Part shown: in pieces, positions 1 through 11,690 of the stretch
How positions within the stretch are numbered: the first letter of the stretch is position 1
Layout of the letters: each line of letters opens with the position of its first letter
From: Ginglymostoma cirratum
Lineage: Eukaryota
Direction: 5' to 3'
DNA length: 64,000 nucleotides
Assembly: GCA_024137785.1 (NCBI GenBank)
Contig: JAHRHZ010000019.1
Location: 27,620,343 to 27,684,342 of the forward strand
Program-made: the position numbers and the translations under genes
Notes under the pieces: model-generated
The model's input: only the letters and a program-made list of their open reading frames with translations
The model's database searches: none
Told to the model about the DNA's origin: nothing

Positions 1-388
1 ATGGGAGAATTGGCAGCTGTGAGCCCCTTGTGTTCTGTATACCTCTTTGGTCAGGCCTGCTTAGACTCTTCTGAAAGGAAAAGTTTCATTGCCTGTTCTA
101 TCAAACAGCGTGATGACCAAGTTGTGACACATGAAATATGCTGGGGCAAATGAGAAATGTAATTGTACAGATAAAAAAAACACAAAAATGTCTGACATTT
201 GAAACAAATCTGAAGAAAGCAGGAAATGCACAGCAGATTGGTTAACATTTGAGAGAAGAGAGATGGATACTTCAGCCATGGTTCCCGTTTCCTTCTGAAA
301 AATTCTCTCTGATGGACCTGAAGTGACAACAGGCTCATGTTTGACTGGAATGTCCAAGTAATGAAATTACTCAATGGCAATCTTTTAG

Positions 389-450
389 GTTCATACATGA
401 AGGATGACCAAAGTCACCAAGTGAAAAAATACCTCCGAGGAATCAAGAAG
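389..450 (+). CDS. Putative penultimate coding exon of an unidentified upstream gene
   Basis: Acceptor caatcttttag| and donor AAG|gtacat. Only one open frame: xSYMKDDQSHQVKKYLRGIKK, ending in phase 0. Confidence 0.3.
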
Positions 451-561
451 GTACATATTTTAAACTAAAGAGATGACACATGAAATGCTGGAAAGCTTAC
501 AGCACGGCCTTTACCTGCACTGTGGGAATGGTAACAAATTTTCACTCACTTTTCAAAATCT

Positions 562-580
562 AATCAATCAATCAATCAAT
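562..580. repeat. (AATC)n microsatellite
   Basis: aatcaatcaatcaatcaat. Confidence 0.8.
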
Positions 581-1604
581 TATAGGAACACTCATCATTC
601 CCTTTTCAGGTGATTATAGTTTGTGTTAGACTTTTTTTCACCAATAAGTTTGTCACAACTAGTGGGTGAAGCAAAAGGTTAGGAATTCAGTTGGAAAAAT
701 TTCGTTTCATTTAGACTCTAATCATTATTAGTGACATAATTAATAGCCTGATTGTGTTTTCTTTTCTAAACATGACAGTAACTGAATAAAAAACAAGCTA
801 TTCATAATTCAAATAGTTTATTTTTTAAAAGACTGGTTGATGAAATAGGTTGTGGCAAATTTTTACGAACGATTTAGATTATCCGAAAAAGGGATGACTG
901 TGAGAGCAAAGGAGATTGCTCAGTTGCAAAGACCTGATAATATTAAGCTGGAGACATCAACATAGCAATAATTTTTTTTTATTGTTGCAAAGTAGAAATG
1001 AGAGAGGTAACACCTTACAATGGAAGGTCATAACAAGTCTTGGCATAAAAGACAAGAGATCGGAGACGACAGGTGATTAAGTGTAGGGTTGGTAGGATTC
1101 TTTTTGTTAGACAAAGTAGGATGCTCAAAGTGGATAAACATTGTACAGAGGCCAAATTTACCTAAAACTCTATCACAATTCACACAGTATTCAAAAAATT
1201 TGAATTTGCATTTCTCTGTATATCTCTGCAAAGATAGAATGGGCTATGGTCTTTTTTAAAATTGTAGGTGCAAGTTGTTGAATGTGCAAGTTTGTCACAT
1301 CACAGCAAGGAAAGCAGGGCACCTGGGACCTGTGTGAACCAAGCAGGTTAAGAATTGTGAAGGTAATACTGAAGATTTTAAAAGGAAGTATCAACTAGGA
1401 TGGCTGATTTCAATGTCAGATCAGATACAGAAAGAAATAAACAAATACAAAATTGATTGGATCAAGAGAGGGAGAAAAGAAAGACAAAAAAGGACTTAAA
1501 ATGCAGTTTACATGAAATAGGTTTAAAATATCCAACAATCAAGAAATATTTGTAAAAAATATTTAATTTTCAGTGCCAGAAAGAATTAATACATTCCATG
1601 TCAT

Positions 1605-1925
1605 TTCTTTGACAGCGTCTCTCAAACCTGCAATCTCTACCATCTAGAAGATTGAGGGCAGAAGAAATATGGGAACACCATCACCTCCATGTTCCTCTCC
1701 AAGTCACACACCATCTTGACTTGGAGGTATATCACTGTATCTTCATCATCATTGAGTTAGTATCCTAAAACACCACACCTAATAGCACTGTGGGAGCACC
1801 CTCACCACATAAATTGCAGTGGTGCGAGAAGGCAGCTCAGTGCCCCTTTACAAGAGCAATTAGATTTGGGACAATAAATGCTGACTTTGCCAGTGAAAAC
1901 CAAATCCTGTGAATTAGTAAAAACA
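1605..1925 (+). mobile_element. 3' end of a non-LTR retrotransposon (same family as 14095, 40790)
   Basis: Contains ...gggaacaccatcacc...aagtcacacaccatcttgacttgg...gaaggcagctc...caataaatgctg, whose 3' part matches the tail at 41130-41290. Confidence 0.7.
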
Positions 1926-2473
1926 ATGACATGGTACAGAGACTGAAATGGATAAGGTTTAACTGTGAGGGACGGGGTGTGTTTGCATCTATAGTACATG
2001 CTGTTCAATGATTAGGCAGACAGTAAGATATTGTTTTAGTAAAAGTAATGATGGAACGATGTAACCTGAATGGCAGCTGCTGGATTTTTGTCTTGAATTC
2101 TATGCATGCCCTCACCTAAAGTTACATTTACGTTTGAGCTTAAGTATCGGCGAAAGCCTCTTGGCTCACCATTATTCTGAGGGCAAACTTGGGGCCAGAA
2201 TTTAAATTAAATGAAAGTAACGTGAAAAGAAAACTCATTTGTGAGATGAAATCTAATTACTTGATTACAGCAACTTTTGTATGACACAAAAGCTGTGTAT
2301 TCACTATTGGAAAAAACTAATCAGATATTTTGTTAGACTAGAAGTAAAGTTGTTTTAGATGAATTTTCATAATAAAAGACATACCTTGATTGTGACCTTT
2401 CCTCTGGTAATTTTCTATATATAATATATGTATAAAACACACTATGATGTCAGCATTTTTCTTTGATTTGCAG

Positions 2474-2482
2474 AATGTTTAG
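2474..2482 (+). CDS. Putative last coding exon (N-V-stop) followed by UTR-like AT-rich sequence
   Basis: Strong acceptor catttttctttgatttgcag|. Spliced to 389-450 it gives ...IKKNV*. An alternative frame reads MFRVFPSKDRDNNIREPTTV*. Confidence 0.3.
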   Translation, partial: NV

Positions 2483-3399
2483 GGTGTTCCCATCAAAGGA
2501 TCGAGACAACAATATTCGGGAACCTACTACTGTTTAATTATTGAAGCCTCTGGATAGAAAAGATTGGTATCTGATTCCTGCAGCTTTTTGAATTGGATTT
2601 CATTGTGTACTGTAAGATAGAAGTAGAAAATTGGGCAGGTCTTGTTCCATTTCCCAAGTGACGTTATTTTTTCCCCTGTTGATTAGTGTCACTTTCAGCG
2701 TCAGTGTGTTACAAACATTAGGTTTGGTTAGATTTGGTATGTTGTTTTTTTCAGGAGTAAACCAACATTTTTAACTGACTGAACAGAGGTACTTTCCCTA
2801 CTTTAAAAGGAACCATTTTACATTTCAAATCTAGTGTATATCTTTTAACTTGATTGTCATTGTTGAAGTACATTATTGGGTACATCATCCAATCTTTTTG
2901 TCTCCTGGGTTTGATCTAAGCCAAATATTAGGTGAATGATGATAAATAGATAAGCATGATAGGATTTGAACTGAATGTGACTTTTCTCACTTACTATTCA
3001 AAGAGCTATCACTTTCCTAAACAACAGTACTGAAACAGAAATTCAGTTCTAATTAATTTGAATGACTTCGTGATAAATATAATTTCCTGCAGAAATACAT
3101 GACACGTTTCCTAGTTTGTGTTACTGACATATACAATGCAACGTCATCAACAAAAAATATTGCAATGAACGGTTCTGAACATATTTGGATAGAGCATGTC
3201 CGTCACCTTCCCCAAAATCCCACCCACAATTTTGCTTTGTTCTCTCTCATTGCTCCATGGTACAAGGTCAGAATTGCATACTTTCTGATTGTCGCTAGAA
3301 TACATTATCTTGTTTGATCCTTCCATTCCCTCTGTGCTGTCAGACTATATCACAAGCATAGAGTCTGAGACCTTTTTGCTTCCTCCAGCCAAACATTAG

Positions 3400-4100
3400 G
3401 AAGTCTAAAGCCATCACCTTTGGCTTGGAGCACAACCTTTGCTTTTGCTTAATCCCCTCCCCAGCCAATATTTCAGGCTCAACTAGTCCGACTGCAGTCT
3501 CAGCAAACCTGGGCTGGGCTTCAGATGCCTTATCCTTTGATCACAAAGATCAGTTACTTATCATCCCTGTAATATTAGCCACCTCCACCCACTAAACCTG
3601 CCTTAGCCCATCTACCACTTGAACCCTTGGGCATGACTTTATTGTCACAGAATTGATTATTCCACCATTTTCCAGGCTGGATATCAATTCTTTGTTGACT
3701 GTAAATTCCAATTCATTCACAATCCTGTAGCCTATACCTTGCCCTATAGGTCTATGACCTCCACATTACCCTCAGTATTTCAAAAGTAATAGATGTTCTG
3801 TTTTTAAATGTCTCCCTGACCTTGTCTGTCATTCTAACACCATCATGTTCTCCAGCCTTAACTTCACTGCAAACGTTCTCTGTACCTGAATCCGGCTTCT
3901 TGGGTACTCTTCACATTTTTAATCCATTTCTGTTTCCTCAGCTGTGTCTTTGGCCACCTATTCCCACATTTTTGAATTTACTTCCTCAATCTCTCTGCCT
4001 TCCTCTATTTTTAACATTCTTTATAGGCAATCTCTTCAGACACGCTTTACACTACCCGTCCATGTATAAACTCTATTCCCCTCTTTCTTCAAACCTTGGG
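3400..4100 (+). mobile_element. Old L2 LINE 3' fragment
   Basis: Degenerate match to the L2 ORF2 C-terminus (gtttttaaatgtctccctgaccttg...ctccagcct...aatccggcttctt). Reverse-strand counterparts at 28795 and 29860. Confidence 0.5.
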
Positions 4101-4599
4101 TGAACTACCTTCAGCTTTCTTAACTCCTAAAGATGCTCCATTAAGCTGCAGCAATACATTGCCATTGAGCTAGAAACAAATTTACATATTGTAAATTTGC
4201 AGTTAAACATTGAGTTTATCAATGGAGCAGTTTGCTATTTTCATCAAACCACACTGCAAAGAGGCTTTTTAGACTGACATGTTCTTGCTAGCTCCTTGAA
4301 GAGCTAACCGATTAGCTCTATTCCCCTCCATTTGCACAAATCCATAAAATGTTTATTTTCAATGTGTTTTTAATTTCCTTTTGCAACTTCTTGTTGATTT
4401 CCTTCCATCATCCTTTCAATCAATGCATTCTAGATTATAACAATCCAATCCATAAAAGTTTCCTTACTATTTTCACCAGCCAGCATAAATCTGTGTTTCC
4501 GATTTATTATTCCTGCATCGGGTGTAAACAAATTTTCCTCCCTATTCTATCAAAACTCATTATCATTTCAAGCACTCTCCTTACCCCCCCCCCCCCCCC

Positions 4600-4870
4600 A
4601 CCAATGTAACAATCTCAAGTTTTCTACTGTCTCCTTATCATCAAAGTCATTAATGGATGGTACCATTCCAGTATATCCCATTTACACCATCTCCAAGGCA
4701 TCAACATCCTTCCAAATATGTGGTGCTGAGTATTGGACACAGTACTCCAGCTGACACCTTTCCACTGATGATGAAGGCATAATGTCCTGGCTTACGTGCT
4801 GATGTATTCGTTTGTAAAGCCCAAGCTCCTGGATATTTCATTGCTGTGTCCTGTTCCTTTTGATTTGGAA
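4600..4870 (-). mobile_element. Old CR1 LINE fragment
   Basis: acaccatctccaaggcatcaacatccttccaaatatgtggtgctgagtattggacacagtactccagctg is the antisense of an 'LEYCVQYSAPHIWKDVDALE' CR1 ORF2 motif. Confidence 0.65.
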
Positions 4871-7488
4871 CTAAACTGTTCTGAAATCAGACCTAAAAAG
4901 ATTTGGAATGAAGAGTTATTATGAGAGCTAATTTGTCTCAATTCAGGAGCAACAAGTCTACTATTCTTAGTTAAGAGGAGGGAAATGACTTTGGATGGAA
5001 ATATAAATGTGTGCACCCTATCTATGTAAAAATGATGCATTAAATATTATTTCCTCTGTATAAGCTAAGGATAACACTCAGACGTCCAACAACAGGTCTT
5101 AATGGCAATATACGTTTGAGACATTAAAATACCAGAGAAAGATTATTGTAGTCTTCTCAACATTTTTGTTTCCACAGATTTTTTAAAAGATTCATTAAGA
5201 TACTATTTTCAAATTGAATTTGGGCTACTGGTCCTAACAAAGGAATCTTGATAACCGAGCATAATGTCCATATTTGAGGTGTGAATTGCTGTTCAGCATG
5301 TTTTTCCAGCAAGATAAGATGTTTGAGGTCTTAGGAATTGCAAGTCTAAGAAAACACTCTAATGCTCATCAAATTGTCTGGGGAAAATTAGACCCTCACT
5401 GTGGGAATGAGGCACATTTATGGGTACATGGGCTCCAGTTCACTTTTAAATGCATGCAGCTCTTGAAACAACCTTAGGTACTCTGAAACAATATTCATTC
5501 TCAGTAAAAGAAAAGTCACATTCTGTGAACCTGATATATACAGTTGATGTGATAAGCTGCATGAAGAAGAGCAATCTTTCTGCGGATGAATTTGCTAAAG
5601 TAATGACATCTCCTTTCACCTTCTCTGTTAATATGCTATTTGGCATTTCTCAGTGTATGGGAAGGTGCATTTTCTACTTTCAAAAATGCTACATTTATTG
5701 ATGGTCCTTCATTTCTTCAGCCCAGAGCTCAACTCCCTATCAAAGCTACCATTCAACCCAGTTGATAATCTGTCTTTCTTCATTACTGCTTTTTTTTTAC
5801 TCTCTCTAGCCAATCTCTAGATGGTCTATTTGACATATGCCTTCGCACAGCTCATACATGACACGGTACATGCTGCAGGAAATGTGAATTTACCTGGTTG
5901 AAGAGAAAGGTGTGCAAAATGGACACAGGGCCTAAATCCCGACATTGGCTGTTCCTTGATTTCTATCCCACAAGCCTCCAGAGACTGCAGAAGAACCTGA
6001 ATTGTCTTGATTTGTTCAAGTCTTTTACAATGGCCAAATTTCATACTTTCCAGTTTCTCTACATACTTTGTGTGGCGTCATGATACTCTAAATATTATGA
6101 ATTGAAAACATAATCTGTTGTGTAGGAGTTAACATATTGGTTGTGGTGTCAATTTCAAGACAAGATAAGCAGTGCTCAACTTTAGCCTCACTTAATTATC
6201 TAGTTCCATTTTATGGCCACCCATTTCCATTCTCATGTTCAAGAAAGATGATGTTATATTAAGCATCTATAAAGGGAGACCTGAGCTGAAAAAAGCCTGT
6301 AGAATGGCATAATTATGCATTTTCTTTTGTCATTTTTCATTTAGTCCATGTGACGGTCTTGTAAAGACAATTTCTACTGTCATTTCTAATTCAGGAAATT
6401 AAAGTGTAAAAATACACAGATACTTTCATGTCTCCTGCCCAGGAAATGCTACTTCATTATGGAATGTTTTATGATTATGTATTTTAAAAACATCTTTCTT
6501 ACAAAATCAAGTCAAAATGAATACTGATAACATCAAATCATAATGAGTGATGATAACAGTCTTTTGTTATGTAGCTTGTTTCCTGTTTTGTTGTTGAATC
6601 CCACAGAGGTTTCAGGGTAAATGCAGAGTGTGACATTAACACAGAGGGTCCCCTGTGTTGCAGGCTGGTCTTAATTAGGGTGGTACATTTGGTCAGCATG
6701 CTCCTGAATAGGAAGAAACTAGATCAGCCCAGTTCCTGTTACTAATGATGAATGTGATGGAAATGGTCCCTTTTTGATTCAAATTACAAGAGTTCAAGAT
6801 CTTTCTTTTTATTTCTTAGTAAATGCATATACTAATTTTTCCATTACATAAGTTGGCACATGTTGTGTTGCGTCACAAATGCTTTCAGATCATTTATTTA
6901 TATTGGACTTGTTTTACTCCATTTGTGGATCAACCACTTGTAGCCCGGTTGTTTTCATGAGAGTGACTAGGTCAGTATGAATTCAAGTAATTCTTGACTG
7001 TCTGGAATTTGGTATTGATTTACATCGAAGTGAAAAGCCCGAGGGCAGGAAGGGAAGAAGAACTACTAGATTTTTCCAGCCGTGAATTGATGATAGCTTG
7101 GATCGTCTTGAGATAAAGTCACATATGTGAGGGATGCAAACTATTTTCAAAATACTTTATATGACAGGTCATTATATCTTTGCTTATGGCTGCTGATCAT
7201 ATCGTTATTTGTCATGTGTTAACTATGGTAATGCCTCAACTCAGGCTACCATATTTAGTAGCTAAGAGACCTATTTTAGTCGTGATATTTGTAACAGAGA
7301 TAAAGATTTTTTCCCTCTGGGCATAAATCAGTGGAAAATGCCTATTGTTCTTTTCAACAACAAAATTAGGCAGTTTTCCTTCTGGTAATGATTGTATAGC
7401 TCTTCAAACTTCATAACCGTTTCATTAGCAGTTTCCTCTATCACACCAACAATCCTATCTTTTAAAGAGAAATGGCTTTGGTTATAGA

Positions 7489-7651
7489 AATAGTAGGAAC
7501 TGCCGATGCTGGAGAATCTGAGATAACGAGGTGTAGAGCTGGATGAACACAGCAAATCTGAAGAAGGGTCCAGACCCGAAACGTCAGCTTTCCTGCTCCT
7601 CTGATGCTGCTTGGCCTGCTGTGTTCATCTAGCTGTATACCTTGTTATCTC
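7489..7651 (+). mobile_element. Palindromic PLE-terminus-derived mini-element (family A) with hammerhead-like core
   Basis: Inverted arms 7520-7554 and 7617-7651. CTGAAGA(7558)-a-gggtccagaccc-GAAAC-GTC. 16-bp TSD tggc(t/a)ttggttataga at 7473-7488 and 7652-7667. Confidence 0.85.
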
Positions 7652-7753
7652 TGGCATTGGTTATAGATGCTTTTAAAAAATCTGAGCAGATGTGTTATGA
7701 CACACTTTGGGGGTGGGTGTCATTTGAACACTACCATTGAACAAGAGTATGGC

Positions 7754-8056
7754 GGGGATAATCCCGCCCCCTTGACCTGTCCGTCCTCCCTGGACTGACC
7801 TATCTCCTCCCTACCCCCCTACCTACACTCACCTTTACTGGCTCCATCCCCGCCTCTTCGACTTGTCTGCCTCCTCTCCACCTATCCTCTCCTCTATCCA
7901 TCCTCTATCCGCCTCCCCCTCTCTCCCTATTTATTTCAGAACCCTCTTCCCCTCCCCCATTTCTGATGAAGGGTTTAGGCCCGAAACGTCAAGTTTTCCT
8001 GCTCCTATGATGCTGCTTGACCTGCTGTGTTCATCCAGCCCCATGCTTGTTGTCTC
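7754..8056 (+). mobile_element. 5'-truncated Penelope-like element 3' end/pseudo-LTR (family A)
   Basis: C/T-rich 3'UTR followed by the family A terminus. Perfect 15-bp TSD gaacaagagtatggc at 7739-7753 and 8057-8071. Confidence 0.85.
7959..7994 (+). ncRNA. Minimal type I hammerhead ribozyme motif
   Basis: attt-CTGATGA-a-gggt ttag gccc-GAAA-C-GTC-aagt. All core nucleotides present, 4-bp stem II, palindromic ACGT stem III, weak 4-bp stem I (attt/aagt). Confidence 0.6.
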
Positions 8057-8804
8057 GAACAAGAGTATGGCATTGGTTTTACATTTCCAAAAACTGTTTC
8101 TTCACTATAAGTTTTGCAAAACAGGTGTGCAAAAATGATGTCTTTTTTCCTGCTGTTCCTTTTGTTCCATATTAAAGAATCTGCCTCAGGCCTTTGTGAA
8201 AAGAATAAAAACGGAACCAAATGGGTTTTATTTTCTTCCATTACTTTTGGTGAAAGGGCAGATAGAAAACATATATAACGTTCATGGGAGCATCAGTCGT
8301 AAAGATAATAAAACTAATGGCTATGATCTTGGGACTTCCTGTCCGCCAAGTGTCAGACAGGCCTGTATCACTGCCTGAATTATTCAGTATCTCCAAATTC
8401 ATTTTCCTGATTTTCAATCTCGTTCCAACTTCTTGAAAGCCTTTGAAGGCACAGTCGGACATTCTAAGGCACTGGGCACCATGTATATTTATGACCTTAA
8501 CTTCCTAGGAGCACAAATCAAGAAAGATCTCTTGGAGGTACAGATTAACCTGGTCACTGATACGTCACTGATAATTAGACAATGCCATGAATTATTGTCT
8601 TTTAATAATATATTCTCACACAGTGTGCTAATTTGTTCTGCCTTCCCTTGTACACAAATTTGTGCATGTCAAGCCAAAACACATTGTCAATTCAGGTCTC
8701 TCAGCTGATCCCAGTGAAGAACACCACAGGGACTCTTTATATGGTATCATGCATAGGTATCGTGAAATTGTGTTCAATCAAGAATTAAGTGAGAATTTAT
8801 TCTG

Positions 8805-8922
8805 GTTTTGTGGTGCCCTGGTGGTGTCCCTATCTCTGGACTATAAGGTCTAAGTTCAACTCCCATCTGACTTGGAGATGTGTCATGTCCATGTCCAAAC
8901 ATGTCCAAGCAAGTTCTGATTA
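8805..8922 (+). mobile_element. Short tRNA-derived SINE
   Basis: gtggtgtccctatctctgga...agttcaactccca (B-box-like). Homologous to 11284, 43578, 43715 and 44516. Confidence 0.6.
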
Positions 8923-10134
8923 TTGGAAGTTAAAAATTAACCCTCCCGGGCACAAGTTGGCAATTTAAAAGGATTTCTGAATACTAGATCCGAGAAATAT
9001 TTTAGCATTACATTAATTCCCTGACATATTACTAGTTCTTGTACAAAATGTTGGAAAGATAGTGCTTTGGAACCATATCATGTTTTATGGTGGATGGAGG
9101 AAGATTCTCAGAAGCATTTGGGCCTGGGAGTCTAATGTAAACCTTGGTAATTACTAAAATGATTTGTTGTTCTTTATTGAAAGATAAAGTAGAATAATGT
9201 TAAAACATTACTAATGTGAACAGACATCAATTCATATTCTTTTCCCAGCTATTCACAAATGGATGAGGAAATGATTATATATCTGGCCATAATTTTAAAA
9301 TCATATCATTAAAAATAAAAAAAGTTTGCACACGTGCATTTATAGCATCAAAAAATAATAGGTGCAAAATGCATCAACATTTCCAATTTTCCTATTGGGT
9401 AGAAAGTAATGAGCCATCAGAATTAATTCTGCAAAGCTTGGTCTAAAGTTCCCAATGCAACTTTGCAAGGTTGCACAATTATGGCTGTTAATTGACCAGA
9501 CACCCAGCCAAACAAATCTAGTGTAATTTCTGCTTTATGAGGAACACACCTGGTTTTCTTAGGAGTGGAAGAAGTTGATAAAGAAGGAATGGCTCTAGCT
9601 GTTTATCATGGGGCTCTTCTGGTTAACTGGGTTTAGTGGTGGGTAGGTTTCTCCAGTTTTCATTGGGGGAGTATGGCAGAACTGTGATATTTGAACTGTC
9701 ATACTATAAACTGAGTACTGCTGACAGAAATTTGGTCAAAAATAGCAACCTGCAAGAAACCACCTAGTAATTTAAAGTTCAACAAAAATGTGATTCTGAA
9801 TTCAGATCTCAATACAGGTGAAATTAACTTTTTTATTGCCTGGCTATAATCTGGACCCTGATGAAAACAATGCAGAGCTGCACTCTTGCTGGGTATATGC
9901 TAAACCTTTTGATAGTACAGAATTTGAGGTCATTTCTCTGGCTATTAAAATGAGCTTTTTAGCTTTCAGACCATACCCTAAATTAAGTTGGACCACAGAG
10001 GAGGCTGCAGATCTGGACAACTCAGTAACCACAGCAGGGTGGGCATCAATTGCATTAGAACAGTAGGTGTTGCATGCACCCGATATTATTGCTTTGTCTT
10101 GTTGAAAAGCTGATATGCGTGTGTGCGTGAGAGA

Positions 10135-10460
10135 AAGAGAGACAGGACGAAATACTCCTGCATTACTGTTTGGAAGGAGTTCCACAGTCTTGACTGAACA
10201 GCAATGAAGCAACTTCAGTGCAGTTCCAAATCAGATTGATGTGTGTCTGAGGGAACTTGCATGTGGTAGTGTTCCCAAGAAGAGCAGCAGTTGTCCTTCT
10301 GTACAGTAAGAATCATAGGTCCGGAAGGTGGTGTCGATGAAAGTTTGACAAGTTGCTGCTGCATGGCTTCTTATAGATGGTGGAAAGAGTTTGAGGTGTT
10401 AGGGTAGGTTACTGACAGCAGAATGTGCAGTCTCTAACCTGCTCTTACAGCACAGTATTT
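10135..10460 (-). mobile_element. Non-LTR retrotransposon fragment (1605/40790 family), antisense
   Basis: gttccaaatcagattgatgtgtgtctgagggaacttgcatgtggtagtgttccca is the reverse complement of 1670-1725. Confidence 0.6.
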
Positions 10461-11009
10461 CACAAAATATATTAGTTCCCTTTCTCCTCTTTTTTTCTCT
10501 CTTATGACCTTTTGGTCTGTAAATTACACTAATGCACAAAATCCCAATATTTAAAATACTTAACATTTCAAATCCTTCCTTGAATTCAACATAATCTTAC
10601 CATTGCAAAATGTTCTGTAAGTTGCCCGGAAATGCTTTCCAACAATGACTGTGAATTTCTTTTAACCATCAACATTTTGAATTGTTGCTGTATACTGCAG
10701 ATGAACAGTGCTGCAAAATATGTTCACAATTTAATAGAAGTCCTATCTTTTGCACATGGTTTGCCAAAATATTCAAGCTGTTCAAGTGGAACATTTCATT
10801 TGGGAGATTGACTCCAGAAAAGCAACATTCACTTGAAAAATTCTTTCCATTAAAACAGCTCTAAATTTTCCAAACAAATACACTTCCTTTTACGATCAAA
10901 AACAGGCGAAGAGAAAATAAAAGTCTAATTTAAACAGCCTTTGTCAACTCAAAACTAGGAAATGTATAAAAAGAATGAGCATCCCCAAGCTGAGCTCAAA
11001 TAAAAAGAG

Positions 11010-11690
11010 TTGCAGATGATATAAAACTTGGGAGAATTATAAACTGTGAAGAATACAGTATAGTACTTTAAAAAGATATTGAGAAGTTGATGGATTGGGC
11101 ATATAGTTGGCAGATGAAGTTCAGTGCAGAGAAGTGTGAGGTGATGCACTTTGGTACAAAGAAGATAGAGGGACTGTATAATGTGGGCTTGTGGTACCAT
11201 GGTAGAAGGTCAGAAGTTTGTGCATTCAAATCGCATCAGGTTCACTGAGTTTCACTGCAACTCAAGTTCTAGGATTTTGTAGTTCTTGTGCACTATTTGC
11301 CGTGTCCCTACCTCTGGGCCAGAAGGCTCTGAGTTCAATTTCCACCTCATGCAGAGGTGTATAATAACATATTTGGACAGGATCATTAAAGAATTTTAGA
11401 ATAAAGACTATCACTCCAAAGGGTGTGCAGGAGCAGACAGACCTGAGGATGTGAATACATTGGAGAGAGTGCAGTTGAGGTTCATAAGAATGGACCCGGG
11501 AATGAGAAAGTTCAGTTATGGGAATAGAGTGGAGACATTGTTATTGTTTTCCTTGGAGAGGGAAAGGCTAAGAGGAGATTTGGTAGATGTTTTCAGGATT
11601 ATGAAGGGTCTGGACAGAGCAGATAATAAGAAACTGTTCCTGCTTATAAAAGGATTGAGAGGATTAGGGTTATGGTTAAAGTGTTTGCTT
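11010..11690 (+). mobile_element. CR1 LINE ORF2 3' fragment interrupted by a SINE
   Basis: WQMKFSAEKCEVMHFG at ~11110-11155. ORF 11451 LERVQLRFIRM...FSLERERLRGDLVDVFRIMKGLDR. Confidence 0.8.
11284..11390 (+). mobile_element. Short tRNA-derived SINE nested in CR1
   Basis: gtgtccctacctctgggccagaaggctctgagttcaatttccacc...gaggtgtataataacat. Confidence 0.65.

Noticed and set aside
4793-4800. TACGTGCT HRE-like site and other scattered RCGTG cores
   Set aside because: It lies within a CR1 relic, and isolated 5-6-mers occur at background frequency.
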